This document shows positions 1-12,552 of a stretch of DNA of 64,000 nt, piece by piece. Both the position numbers and the translations under genes were made by a program. The notes under the pieces are model-generated. The model saw nothing but the letters and a program-made list of their open reading frames with translations, was not told where the DNA came from and did not search any database. The number at the start of each line of letters is the position of its first letter. Within the stretch, counting starts at the first letter, position 1. Source of the DNA: Octopus vulgaris (Eukaryota); NCBI GenBank assembly GCA_951406725.2, contig OX597827.1, positions 30,008,001 to 30,072,000 on the forward strand. Direction: 5' to 3'.

Positions 1-790
1 GTCAGCAATGCCCGGACACTGAACGAGTGCGTACAGAACAGCTTCGTCACTCTGCGCACACCTCGGACAAGTCCGTCTGACAGCACATCCATGCGTAAGA
101 AATGGAATGCGTCCCTTCGACAGTACGCGCCCAGTTTGGTAAACAGGGGTAAGGCACGACGATCAGGCGATAATATATGACGGAAGTGATGTAAGCATTC
201 GCAACCTTTGCCCGACCTTTCAGGGATAGCTTTCTCTCAGCCCATTTCTGGGTGTGATTGGCCACCTTCCCCGTCACTTCGTCCCAGTTCGTCGCCACCT
301 GGAGATCTGGACCGAACCAAGCTACAAGCAATTTGATCCAACGTCCCACGAGGTTATTGAATGGCGTGGATCTGCCTCTCCAGGTGCCGATCTACAGGTT
401 AGCAGAATTTTCATAGTTAATTTTTGCCCCTGTCATCGCCTCGCATTCTTTTAGAGCAGTTCCAACCAGGTCTATATGCTTGTTGTTTGACATGGTTTTC
501 CCTCGTCCTAGTTTGCGCGGGATGCTTCTTAATCCTCCAATTTCTGCAGTATTGGCTCAAGAGCCAGTACAAGCAAAAGAGAGGAGAGGCGACACACTTG
601 ACAGACCGAACGCATGATGTTGAATGGTTCCGATTGGCAACCATTCGCCCGAACTACCGAGAGAATGTAGCTGTATGTTGCAGCGATCCAATCACGAAAA
701 ACGGGACCGAAACCGTCCGCCGTGAGAACGGCCACCAAGTATTGATGATCGACACATTCGAAAGCTTAGATAAATTTTGCTTCTATTTAT
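1..790 (-). pseudogene. Degenerate Tx1/L1-clade LINE ORF2 fragment (RT and downstream region)
   Basis: Broken minus-strand peptides (KLLVAWFGPDLQVATNWDEVTGKV..QKWAERKLSLKGRAKVANAYI; GFGPVFRDWIAA; LVLALEPILQKL) align by eye with the intact ORF2 at 19271-22711. Multiple frameshifts. Confidence 0.85.
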
Positions 791-1612
791 AAAGAAACCA
801 CTGGTGTCGCAAATAGCCAGGGAGTTTCTACTGATGTCTTGCAAAGAGACCAGACACCGATACCAAACCAAAAAAAAAAAATCGAGAGCGAGAAAAAGCC
901 GAGACGAAACCAGACAGTGACTAAAAGAGAGAGAAAAGATCAGGATCAGACCAAGAATGAACTGGACTTATTCTATCGACCAGGAGAGAGATGAAAGGCA
1001 AAGTCGACCTCGGCAGAATTTGAACTCAGAACCTAAAGACGGACAAAATGCCGCTAAGCATTTTATCCGGCATGTCAACGATTCTGCTAGGTCACCATCT
1101 TCCAAACTATTACAATATTACCATGCAAATATTGAAAGCTAAATTTGATACTATTTGGTGAGCCCCTAATCACTTTTTTCTTTGGAAAGTAAGTTCTCAC
1201 TGCGGAGAATTGAGTATCCTGGTTTGAAAGAGAGAAATATAGATATATGCCCTGCATAATTACCTTTCAAATGAGAGCGCATGACAGTAAATTTTGTTTT
1301 AATTATTTATACTTTCATATTATTACAGAAAAAAAAAGGTTGGGTGGTTGTTCTCGTCTTTATAACATTTTTCTAATGAGTAATAATGGGTAAGCGGTGT
1401 GACATTGAGGTTTATTTGCGAAGTTAATAATAAAGCGTCGGCAGCTTTCTTGCAATTTTTCCTACATTATCATTGTTACACACCTTTTGTTAATCCTGCA
1501 TAACGTATAATCTGGTACGTATCAGGAACCAAATGTATCGGATAATTGATTGTGTACCTGTAGCTATGTGTGTATGTGTGTGTATGCATTTGCCCTCCAC
1601 AACAAGCACACA
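641..1612. repeat. Left arm of ~1-kb inverted duplication (partner 11008-12204)
   Basis: ccattcgcccgaactaccgaga... through ...gccctccacaacaagcacac is the reverse complement of 11008-12204, apart from indels. Confidence 0.9.
975..1097 (-). mobile_element. tRNA-derived SINE, family A (Meta-domain-like core)
   Basis: atgaaaggcaaagtcgacctcggcagaatttgaactcagaac motif recurs more than 10 times in the window. B-box-like gagttcaaat on minus. Confidence 0.8.
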
Positions 1613-1757
1613 CACACACACACATACACACATAGCTATTGTATTCTTAATTACAATAGCGACAACTCGGATTTCTTCCATGTTTTTGCTCTACTAGAGT
1701 ATTTGAGTAAAATTGTATTAACGTGTCCGACTGATTAAAATTCTATTTATTTATTTG

Positions 1758-1843
1758 TGCAGCTGAGGATAGCCCTGTATTTAAATTGATGTAATGATTG
1801 GATTGTTCAATTAAATGGAGCCGCTTGAAACGGTCGTACTGCA
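1758..1843 (+). ncRNA. Minimal type I hammerhead ribozyme motif
   Basis: tgcag-CTGAGGA-(t)agc..long loop..gct(t)-GAAA-c-ggtc-GTA-ctgca. Stem I is a perfect 5 bp (tgcag/ctgca). Confidence 0.7.
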
Positions 1844-1898
1844 TCCCTTTTTGATATCTTGTTGCCTATTTTGATTATTTATCTATATATATATATAT

Positions 1899-2775
1899 AT
1901 ACTAAGCAATAAAGGGTTTAGCAACGAATTGCCTTACCACAGACCGAATTTAGAAATAGCAGTCAAAGACTTATAGCTATTTCTTCTACTAAAAAGGGAG
2001 ATCTCAGTAAAAAACACAGCAATTGGAAGGCAGACACAAACAGGTAAGAGAGAATGAATTGACGGCAATCTATCATACAATTTTAAGTTATCTACGGACG
2101 CACGTTTCGAAATCAAGTTTTTAGGAAAGCATAAGAATTAAATATTAAATAATTCTACGTTACCCAAACTTCTTTTCTCTTCAGCGTAGAATACTATAAT
2201 CATAAATGATTATATATTGAATTTTGAGATACTAGAAGGCACCAACTCAACTCAGTATCAGAGCGAGCTAGAATCCGCAACTAGTATCACCAAATTCAAA
2301 GTGTGAATGAAAGGATTGTGTCACCAGCCCCTTCCCACCCGCGTGTAGCCAAAACAAGATGCTATGGTCATCTACTGAGATAAAATATGGTTATCCGTAA
2401 TAATGAAGGGTGAAATTAATTAATTTGGAATAATTATCAATTACACCAAGTAGTCTTCGGCATGTAAAAGCCTCATTCGAGGAAAATTTAAGTAATACTA
2501 AGCAATAAAGGGTTTAGCAACGAATTGCCTTACCACAGACCGAATTTAGAAATAGCAGTCAAAGAGTTATAGCTATTTCTTCTACTAAAAAGGGAGATCT
2601 CAGTAAAAAACACAGCAATTGGAAGGCAGACACAAACAGGTAAGAGAGAATGAATTGACGGCAATCTATCATACAATTTTAAGTTATCTACGGACGCACG
2701 TTTCGAAATCAAGTTTTTAGGAAAGCATAAGAATTAAATATTAAATAATTCTACGTTACCCAAACTTCTTTTCTC

Positions 2776-2777
<2 letters not shown>
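1899..2777 (-). mobile_element. Non-autonomous Penelope-like element with partial tandem pLTR (direct repeats 1899-2181 and 2495-2777)
   Basis: ~283-bp near-identical direct repeats, offset 596 bp, flanked by (TA)n. Contains a hammerhead motif. Confidence 0.7.
2091..2190 (-). ncRNA. Minimal type I hammerhead ribozyme motif
   Basis: Minus strand reads tctacg-CTGAAGA-gaaa..tttc-GAAA-c-gtgc-GTC-cgtaga. Stem I is a perfect 6 bp; stem II base is 4 bp. Confidence 0.8.
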
Positions 2778-2814
<37 letters not shown>

Positions 2815-2816
<2 letters not shown>

Positions 2817-2910
2817 GATGGACTTGTTTCAGTTTCCGTCTACCAATTCCACTAACAAGACTTTGTTAGTCAGCCCGAGACTATAGTAGAAGACACTTGC
2901 CCAAGGAGCC
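2815..2910 (-). mobile_element. SINE family B fragment (CORE-like region)
   Basis: tttcagtttccgtctaccaa..ctatagtagaagacacttgcccaagg is shared with 14548-14688, 56665-56790 and 63822-63960. Confidence 0.7.
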
Positions 2911-3204
2911 ACTGCAGCACTATTTTCTGCTTGAGCAGTAGAACCATAATTCTGAGAAACTTTCAAGGCTATTTCCAAGGCCTGCGTTTATTCCACGATT
3001 CAAACCTAAGCTAGAATTTTGCTTCCTTGTTATCTGGTTCATATAGGAGTAGAAGAAATTCCAGATGCGCAAGAGAGGCTAAAATAATCAAGGCGGTGCT
3101 CCAGTATGGCCGCAGTCAAAATGACTGAAAAAATTTAAAGAATAAAAGAAAATTTAGAAAATTACTGTTTTATAATCTCACAGCGAAAGATATTCAGCAA
3201 CAGT

Positions 3205-3568
3205 ACTTTGGAGTAAAGATTGCTTGCCAACATAACATGGCTGTCCTGATTTAGGACGAATGTTGCTGTTATTTTAGCCCCAGGAGACATCGTCTCCAGC
3301 TGGCTTACATTTTCGAACAAGGGAATCTAGCACTCCAACTCAGCTCAAAACAATATCGCGATTTCCGGGTTATTTCCCTTCATCGGCATAATAATTGTTC
3401 GGTCAGAGGTGGCGCTGCCAAATTCCCGTTCGAAATATATAGTTTTCAAAGTGACAACTAGTCACTAATCTATAAATTAGAAATTAGAAAGTCACTATAT
3501 ATATAAATTACATTCGTCCTAAATCAGGACTACCATGCTATGTTGGCAAACAACCTTTACTCTAAAAG
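3205..3568. repeat. Imperfect ~58-bp inverted repeat (3205-3262 / 3511-3568) enclosing a degenerate hammerhead (3351-3390, minus)
   Basis: gtcctgatttaggacgaatg pairs with cattcgtcctaaatcaggac. Minus strand reads CCGATGA-aggg-aaataa-cccg-GAAA-tcgcga-TA (U4C variant, weak stem I). Confidence 0.55.
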
Positions 3569-4269
3569 AACATTTGTCACTGTATATGTCAGCCTAATAC
3601 TTCTAAATTTACCGTTAAGCTGACATGCTCAAGAGATCTTTGGTGTTTATTCAGCAAGAAACTCCATAGTCGATTGTTTAGAAAACGACTTCAATGGTTA
3701 GTTGAAGGAAAGTTTTAAAATAATTAAAGTGTCATCATAGGTAGTGCATACACGTGAGGAATCGCTGTCTTCTTTGAATGTATTTATTCAGTCAACTGTT
3801 AAAATCCAACAAGACAAGCGGCCAGTGTTTAAAGAGATCCGGGAGATATAAATATATTGCTATGAATATGCTGTAAAGTAACCAGCTTTCTTTCTTTTGA
3901 GATAGATCGTCATTTCACCAAAAACTTTCGATAACAAAACAAAGAAAAACAAATACAAAAAAAGATCAAAACGGGGAGCGGACCCCATGAACAATATTTA
4001 AAAGATTACACAATGCAGTATGATTATTATCACTCCCAACTTACTATGGAAGCTGTTTTGATCGTCAAACTAGTCATGACATTGTCACGTGATCAAGCTT
4101 TTTTGTTACATTTGTTTATGAGCTACGTGTTCGGTCAACAGTTACACTTCAGTGAATTCACATAACTAAAATTATATCACGGAACCGGATCAGGATATGC
4201 CACCTCATTTGCTTCGAAATACATACATACATACATACATACATACATACATACATACATACATACAAA

Positions 4270-4555
4270 GGTTAATATCCCTTCGGTCATGAATGACTAT
4301 GGGATTGCACCTAGAAAGTTTCCCTCCGAGGCACAAGTCGGGCAAGGTTATTTATAGAAAACCAGCGGTCGCCCATGCATAGCAACCTCTCCATACCACC
4401 GATGTTATCCAAGAGATAAGAGCACAAGGACATAACCCCCGGTGACGTCACAACTCATTCCTACATTTCAGTGAATTGGAACAACGTGAAATAAAATGTC
4501 ATGCTCAAGAACACAACACAAAACCTGGTCCAGGGACCGAACTCACTACCTCATG
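4270..4555 (-). mobile_element. SINE-like fragment
   Basis: CORE-like gaacaacgtgaaataaaatgtcatgctcaagaacacaac and B-box-like accgaactc next to a (CATA)n tail. Confidence 0.5.
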
Positions 4556-4594
4556 ATATATCTATATGTGTGTGTGTGTGTGTGTGTGTAACCA

Positions 4595-4790
4595 CGTGTG
4601 TATCGTTGGCGATTTTCTTCCTCCGTCTTTCCTTCTGTTGGACTTTCTTCTATTTCTGAAGAAGAGCTTTGCTCGAAACTTAGATTCCCCTTTTTTTCCG
4701 TTCCTGAGCGTCTGATAATTCAGTACTTGTACAACGTCTTCACGTTGTTGTTTTTTCTTGTTTGTCCTCCTTTGTTTGGATTCACTATAC
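4595..4790 (+). mobile_element. ~190-bp hammerhead-bearing repeat; second copy at 13570-13750 (minus)
   Basis: CTGAAGA-a-gagc-ttt-gctc-GAAAC-TTA at 4656-4682. Flanks align by eye with the reverse complement of 13570-13750. Confidence 0.65.
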
Positions 4791-4803
4791 ACACACACAC
4801 ACA

Positions 4804-4941
4804 CTGGTACTTAATTTATCGACCCCGAAAGGATGAAAGGCAAAGTCGACCCCGGCGGAATTTGAACTCAGAACGTAACGGCAGACGAAATACGGTTACG
4901 CATTTCGCCCGGCGTGCTAACGTTTTTGCCAGCTCGCCGCC
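4804..4941 (-). mobile_element. SINE family A
   Basis: Meta-like core (tcgaccccgaaaggatgaaaggcaaagtcgac) plus tRNA-like head ending gccagctcgccgcc. Confidence 0.8.
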
Positions 4942-4943
4942 TG

Positions 4944-4975
<32 letters not shown>

Positions 4976-5061
4976 TGTATGTATGTATGTATGTATGTAT
5001 GTATGTATGTATGCATGTACGCATGTACGTATGTACGTATGTATGTATGTATGTATGTATG

Positions 5062-5095
<34 letters not shown>

Positions 5096-5697
5096 AGATT
5101 CAGTTGAATTAGGTACTTAAATTGCGGCTCCTCGTTAGGTCGGAATAACATACACAACAATATTATGTAAATATCAAATTTGGTACGTAAGTCCCGGCCG
5201 AATCACAAACTACCTTGATAATTTAGTAGGTTGGCGTGACCACAAATAAGTTTCTTACCACTGGCCAGTACACATCAAGCAACTCCTTAATAAATAAACC
5301 TAATGGAGCCGCACACCCCTCTCTTGTTAGAAGTAAAGACAAGTGGGTCACTGGGGTCAATAATTCCTTCCCCCTCCTAAAAACTCTACTTACCTCTAAA
5401 TTTCTGTTATGATCAAATATACACTTTTCTGGTAAATCCATTCTGTCAACTGAAATAATAGCTGAATCACTGTAAATGTTTTCGCTCCGTGGATTTTAAA
5501 CTATGTTAAATCATTTCGAATGTCCTTTCATATATTTTATAAATGAATAAATGAATATGTGTATGTATTTGATCTTTGTGTGTGTATCTTAGTAATGTTC
5601 CTTTAGTTCCTGCTCGCATTGCCTCCGCTCAAATTAAGAAGTGGAATATAGCTCATTTGGAGCACTACAACTCCAGTCTGTATTATATTTTGAAAAT

Positions 5698-5737
5698 TGT
5701 TATTATTAGCTATCTCAAGATATAACTGTGTATTTTG

Positions 5738-5801
<64 letters not shown>

Positions 5802-5842
5802 CAAAATACACAGTTATATCTTGAGATAGCTAATAATAACAA
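5698..5842. repeat. Palindrome of ~46-bp unique arms centred on (TA)n
   Basis: tgttattattagctatctcaagatataactgtgtattttgcatttt, then (TA)n, then its exact reverse complement. Confidence 0.9.
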
Positions 5843-6425
5843 TATATATATATATATATATATATAATGAGGGTAGAAATTGATAATAATCAATTAACAT
5901 TAATTTAAACCAGTCTAGCATATCAAAAAAAAAAATCCAAAGATTTAAAAATTATATTGCATTTAATAAGAGGAATGATCACTAAAGTGGATTCCTATAC
6001 GCTAGAGATAGACGTCAAATCGCCTTACCACAAATGTCTAAAACGTATATTACTATATTCAAAATATAGAATTATAGAAATATAAAAAATATATATGAAT
6101 GTTAAAAATAGGCAAGGACAAATAAATATATACATACATAAATATAATGGAGTATAGATAAAAATATAGATGAGGATAATGAAATATAGAAAGAAATTTC
6201 GTTTAAAAATTAAGGAATTCAGGGAGTAATAAATGCTTAAAAAGAGTTTTTGGTACCATACTTAAATGAAAAGAAGTATTCCAACGATCGTTTCCAGTTT
6301 TCATTCTTTTTATTAAATCCGTATATGAAGAAACCAATCGTAGTCTGCCTTAGTTGAACTTCTTTGTATCTCCTGAATTTATCCAGCGTCTCTGGTTTGA
6401 CTCGAACACTTCCATGCTTTCTATG

Positions 6426-6462
<37 letters not shown>

Positions 6463-6464
6463 AC

Positions 6465-7305
6465 CAATCTCAAGATTAATCAGCCGAAATTGCGAGGATG
6501 ATCCGGTTCTTGACTGAAGATTGAAGGCTTCCGTGTTTTTTGTATCGTCTTCTAAATGTTTTGCGTTCTTGTCCCAGTTTGTATTCTTTTACATATACAT
6601 ATATATATATATAGCGGCGCCCGTACCCTTTTGGTCTTATATGTAAGTACTTATTTCTTTAAACTTGGTACGACTCTATAACACTGTCTCTCTCCCCCTC
6701 TCCTACATTTCTCTGCCTTTCACACTTTGCACTCCACTTTGATCTGTCTCTTTCTCGTGCTCTCTCTCTCTCTCTTCTCCTCCTCCTTTGTTCCTTGTTC
6801 CCCCTTTTCTCTCTTCATCTGTCCCTCTTTTCCTCTCTCTTCTCCTCACACGTGACTGACTGACCGATTGCCGGCCTTTCGTGTTTAGCAGTCGTCGCGG
6901 CAAGACACATTTTTTCTCTCTCTGCCCTAAGGCATTTTTCTAACACGCCAGCTCAAAGTTTACTCGTCCTGTCGAAAGACGCCTGTCTGTGACGTCCTGT
7001 CTTTGTTATAATTATTATCATTATTGTTTTTACGTATTTTTGTATTCTTATTCGTGTAACATCGTCCGTTTTTCCGGCCTTGTTTTGTATACATTCGAGG
7101 CTTTCTTCCAAGGAATCTAATGCGCTTCGCTTAGATTTTCCTTTGGGGCTGGCCAGATCGGAGCAATCTCAAGATTAATCAGCCGAAATTGCGAGGATGA
7201 TCCGGTTCTTGACTGAAGATTGAAGGCTTCGAATGTCCCGTCCGTGTTTTTTGTATCGTCTTCTAAATGTTTTGCGTTCTTGTCCCAGTTTGTATTTTTT
7301 TACAT
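6465..7305. repeat. Element with ~140-bp direct terminal repeats (6465-6595, 7164-7305), possibly Penelope-like
   Basis: caatctcaagattaatcagccgaaattgcgaggatgatccgg... occurs twice; the first copy has a ~10-bp deletion. Flanked by (TA)n. Confidence 0.6.
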
Positions 7306-7318
7306 ATATATATATATA

Positions 7319-9140
7319 TTAGCTGACTTACCCGGCGTTGCTTGGGTTACTGCTGTTATTATTCACATTAGTAAACAATAAATATAACGACATATTCTCA
7401 TAATCATTGCAAAATATCTATATTTTATTAGAAAATATCCAAATCGTAATGATAATAGAATTTCGAAGTGAAAATCTGTCAATATTGAACCAGCTCAGGG
7501 TAAACAATCTTCTTCGTGTAATTTTTTTGCTGGTATCGAAATGAATAAATTGCTACTGCTTCCAACTCGCGAGTAAGCAACATAGAGTTGGACGTGGAAG
7601 AAGCTTGTAGTAGAGAGATCAAGTGCAACTACTTTGAGGAATTGAACCTGAGATTTGTTAATTAAAATAGTAAACTTTAGTTTCACTGGAAACTGAAGCG
7701 TCTTAAATTCAAATGGAACATCTGTAGGTATGAGAGGAATTTTGGGAATAAAGACATTTCCCCTTTGTTTCTACTTGTTATGATTGTTACCTGTAGGACA
7801 TGGGGCTTCATGGAAGTAACAATTAAGCGAGTTCTATTACATAGGTGAGATGAGTCAAGATTCCTAAGTAACATAATGGGAGCACCCAGTTTTAGTGACG
7901 AGTTATGTGGTGGCATCCCAGTGGGTTTAAATGTGTTCAGAAATTCAACAAGGTATTGAACAATCTGATCTTGATTGACTGTTGTCAACTGATGGAAAAG
8001 TCATTTCTGATGTGTCTATTAACTTTTCAACAAGTTCATGATTGCGTTTATGAACCATTTCATTGCTTGGAGCAATATAGCTCTTTCACAAAGCTGGTTT
8101 ACATCAGTGTAATTGACAGACAAATTAGGAAATACTCAATCCATAAGGTCCCCATGAGAAAGTATCCTTTGACCGCACGTACTTTCATGTAGCCGAAATC
8201 TTGAGTTGAATGTTAATATCCTATTACCAATCTTAAGAAACTCGTATGATCACCATGTAGAAGTACTCTGAGGTTGCTTGTAGGATGGAGATTTTTCACG
8301 TCTCCAAAGGTACGATTCTGTTTAAGTATGCATTGAACCCATCAGCTTTTGATCCTTTGGGAATAACTAGCAACGTTTGACGAAAATCTCCTACAAGATG
8401 AATTGTTACTCCTTGCATGAGCATGCTATTGTTTTTTATGCCTTGGAGGGTACGGTCAAGTACCTCTGGAGCTCCACAATGTGACAGTGCGCTCATCCCA
8501 AACAATGAGGCAAGTTTGTTGGAGAACTGTTGCCATTGTAGAGATTTTGGAAATGTTGCACATATTCTTTATTATTGCTCTTGTTTCTAAAGACCCCGTA
8601 AACTATTTAGAAAAAATATTATTTGTAACTTTTTACGGGGTCAAACGAGATCATGGACTCTTTCCCTTCCCTGTTCTCACTTCAGCCTTTCTCTCACCTT
8701 ACTTTCTTATACTTCTTCATCCACTCCCCACTTCGATCTAGGCTTTTCAACGAGTTCCTCATTATAAACACTGACTGAATTTGGGTCAGTAGGAATCATC
8801 TGGCACTATATGCTTCTTGATAAGTTCTAATTGTTAATTCTTACCTGTATTCGCTGAAAATGTTTTTTTGCGTGATATAACACCTCTGTTCATCAATAAA
8901 AAGACTCGTCTGAAACAGCTGTAGTGATCCACAATTCGTCTGTTGTTAGGGTTTATCCTTAATCTAACTCAGAATCTGCAATTCGTTTTGACGCATTCGC
9001 CGTTTGTGAATGTATGCATAACTGGAGAACAAATCCGTATTTGCTTTAGTGAATACGAATTTGTCATTATACATTGTTGGGACATGATTGCGCTATCACC
9101 AACTTGTCCTTGGTTCTTCCCCTATTTAACTGCCTGATTC
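7319..9140 (-). mobile_element. Helitron remnant: PIF1-family helicase pseudogene and 3' terminal hairpin-CTRR
   Basis: Frameshifted motifs GDFRQTLLVIPKG, FLNTFKPTGMPPH..LKLGAPIMLLRNL..LCNRTRL and INKSQ..FHVQLYVAYSRV. Minus-strand end cccaagcaacgccggg-taagtcag-CTAA at 7319-7346. The 5' boundary is uncertain. Confidence 0.8.
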
Positions 9141-9621
9141 TCTTGAATCCTGGAAATTATTTATACATATATACATATATATAAAGTTAAATTTTCTTAT
9201 AAAGTATGTTTTTAAGTATACTTCACAATAAATTAACTGTATTACGAAGTGCCCATTGCGAGCTAAATCGAAGGATAAGGGAAATTATAGAAGGAACACA
9301 TTCAGGCAATCAAACAGAAATTCAAACGCATAATTTAAAACACAACGAAATAAATATACATATGAATTTATAAATCAGTGAATAAAATTACATATAAAAG
9401 TCATATATGAAAACTATGCATCATGTACATTGGGTTCAGGTACCGAATGGAGGAATGGCAAATAAAGAGATGAAAATTCTAGGTAAGGGCTTCTAAAAGC
9501 AATTGTTCGAAACGATTAAGAAGTTGATGTTTATAGGAAATGTCGGATTAGATTTTAAAATTCAGTGGTAAATAGGTAGATAAACATATACAGATTCTGG
9601 AGAATTTCGGGTAAAGGATAT

Positions 9622-9790
9622 CATCTACGGCCGTTTCAGGGATACAATAAATATAAAAGTGTCATTTTAAGTATTCCATATACAGAAACATAATGCCCCT
9701 CTCATCAGGATAGTTTCTATCAAACTATTACCAGATAGGATTTCATTACGAAGGAAACCATCCTGATGAGGGGGTATTATGTTTCTGTAT
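9622..9790 (-). ncRNA. Hammerhead motif (9622-9712, minus) overlapping an inverted repeat (9681-9717 / 9754-9790)
   Basis: Minus strand reads atc-CTGATGA-(g)aggg..ccct-GAAA-c-ggcc-GTA-gat with a palindromic stem III. The inverted arm repeats ctgatgagggggtattatgtttctgta. Confidence 0.65.
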
Positions 9791-11007
9791 AGGCTAAGGT
9801 GAATTTTCTAGGCCAAGATCGTTGGTTTTTAATATTACAGACACACGGGCTGAGGGCATTATACAGCAATAATCGATCAGTATCAAAATAATTTCGGTTT
9901 AAGAAATATGAACGAACTTCGCAGAATCTTCGCAAATCATCAATTTACAGTGAATGGATGTGTTTGATTTCGAAAGAACGGGAGAAACCCAGAGAATTTT
10001 GATGACTTGATATGATGAACTTGGCATGTAAAAGTCATATGTGGGTTGACCTACTGTTTTATAGAAGCAATATGAAGATTCTAAATTGAATAAATAAAAA
10101 TATACCTGATTAATTTCTTAATTTTAAACCGAGGCAACTTTTGTTAGTATTTCAACTAATTACAAATAAATCATTCTTTTTCTAAGTCGTTTATTATAAT
10201 AACAATGGAAACGACCATGAAAGGAGATGAAAGGATGGGAAAGATTCTTTAAAAACAGGCATCCGATGTTTGTAGTTATGGATCTCTTTTGTTCTGTACA
10301 TCTGTCCCTCGAATTACAAATGGCTTCCAAGGAAACAAATAATGGTCCCACTTATTACCACTATCCTATCAGAAAACCTTTCACTCGTCTTCAGACACTG
10401 AAATGAGCCAATAAGAACAGACAGCTGTCCGTAGATTTTAAAGTAACAAATGATGAGCGTTCAAGATTTATGAAGCGAGAAAATTTGGTATTGAGACAGA
10501 AAATCAAAAATAACAAAAAAATTAATCGAAATGATCTCGAGGTAAAAATAAACAAGTTCCAGAGTTTCAGAAAACTCGTGAAAATGTCGTGAATGCAATA
10601 AAAAAAAGAGGCTAAATTACGAACATTGATGAAACATCATTCTTTTTCGACTTCGTCAACAACGGAACGGTCTATGTAAAGACAAAAAAAAAAGCAATAT
10701 GAAAAGCATTTTGCGGTAGCAATTGGCGTGCACAGCAGACGACTGGAAATTGATTCCGTTGGTTATTTTTTAACGTTAAACAACAATAAAAAGAAGAGAC
10801 TTTTTTTTAAAAAAACTGTATTTGACTTCAAAACATTAAGAAAACGTGTTGCTGGTTTCTACGATTAGCTGATTGTTGATTTATTTATATAAAATGGCGA
10901 ATCTAATCATTTTTTTTTTATTAAAAATCCGTCTTAAAAAATTTTTAAGGACAATTCATACATGACTGGAAAAACAGCCAAGATAACTTTCAAAAGGCTA
11001 AAATCTA

Positions 11008-12204
11008 GTGTGTATGTGTGTGCTTGTGTGGAGGGCAAATGCATACACACACATACACACATAGCTACAGGTACACAAGCAATTATCCGGTACATTTGGT
11101 TCCTGATACGTACCAGATTATACGTTATGCAGGATTAACAAAAGGTGTGTAACAATGATAATGTAGGAAAAATTGCAAGAAAGCTGCCGACGCTTTATTA
11201 TTAACTTCGCAAATAAACCTCAATGTCACACCGTTTACTCATTATTATTCATTAGAAAAATGTTATAAAGACGAGAATAACCGCCCAACCTTTTTTTTTC
11301 TGTAATAATATGAAAGTATAAATAATTAAAACAAAATTTACTGTCATGCGCTAACCTCCTGAACACTTCCATTCGTTCATCAGACTCTCATTTGAAAGAT
11401 AATTATGCAGGTCTTATATTTATATTTCTCTCTTTCAAGCCAGGATAATCAATTCTCCGTAGTGAGAACTTATTTTCCAAAGAAAGAAATGATTAGGAGC
11501 TCAGCAAATAGTATCAAATTTAGCTTTCAATACTTGCATGGTAATATTGTAATAGTTTGGAAGATGGCGACCTGGCAGAATCGTTGACATGCCGGATAAA
11601 ATGCTTAGCGGCATTTTGTCCGTCTTTAGGTTCTGAGTTCAAATTCTGCCGAGGTCGACTTTGCCTTTCATCTCTCTCCTGGTCGATAGAATAAGTACCA
11701 GTGGAGCACTGGGGTCAATGTAATCTATTCATCCCCTCCCCTAAATTTCTGGCCTTGTGCCAAAATTTAAAACCAATGTTATTATAGTTAGGATATATCC
11801 TAACTATAATAACATAACACATACACACACATACATATACACACATACACACACACATGTATATATCCGACTTTGATCTCAGCCATTTTTTAGTTCCAGC
11901 TCAATCTTGGTCTGATCCTGATCTTTTCTCTCTCTTTCGTCTCGTCTTGGCTTTTTCTCGCTCTCGATTTTATTATTTTTTTTTTGTTTGGTATCGGTGT
12001 CTGGTCTCTTTGCATGACATCAGTAGAAACTCCCTGGCTATTTGCGACACCAGTGTTTTCTTTATAAATAGAAGCAAAAGCTTTCGATAGTGTCGACCAT
12101 CAATACTTGGTGGCCGTTCACACGGCGGACGGTTTCGGTCCCGTTTTTCGTGATTGGATCGCTGCAACATACAGCTACATTTTCTCGGTAGTTCGGGTGA
12201 ATGG
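11008..12204. repeat. Right arm of inverted duplication of 641-1612 (contains SINE A at ~11565-11775)
   Basis: Reverse-complement match. Carries ~200 bp (about 11700-11890) and ~35 bp (about 11352-11386) that are absent from the left arm. Confidence 0.9.
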
Positions 12205-12552
12205 CTCTTCTTTCACCACTTAAACATCTTTCGAAATTTGATCAACAACTTCCACAAGTGACCTAAGGCTTATCCCGGTCACCCAAATTCATTCTGTAGA
12301 AGCGTCTGTAACTGATCCAGTATTTAGCACCTTCCACGATTTTATGTGATACATTCTTTGTTCCAGCATAGTATCCGCACACATAATAGAAATATTCTGG
12401 TGAATTGTTGCATCTTCTTGTAGCCATGTGTTTACGTTGAATATTTGAATAATATGAATAAAAAATGAAGTTAACGCAGGTTTAAACAAGTATTTTTACT
12501 TTCTACATATGTTTCAAAAATTCCACTGATACTTATTCAAAAATATATATAT

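Noticed and set aside
1934-2712. Duplicated 60-aa ORF MISKRASVDN...
   Set aside because: Non-ATG start, lies in the pLTR-like direct repeat across the ribozyme, and no recognisable domain.
5223-5441. 72-aa ORF MDLPEKCIFD...
   Set aside because: No recognisable motif or splice support; possibly transposon debris.
6280-6395. Minus-strand GAAACGATCGTT palindromic stem III
   Set aside because: No matching CUGANGA with a closing stem I found upstream.
7205-7245. Hammerhead-like CTGAAGA..gaag/cttc..GAATGTC
   Set aside because: Lacks the GAAA core and a convincing stem I; at most a decayed motif.
641-12204. Single giant TIR transposon (Polinton/foldback) bounded by the 1-kb inverted arms
   Set aside because: The arms consist of LINE and SINE debris, one end lies inside a continuing LINE, and no TSD or matching transposase was seen.
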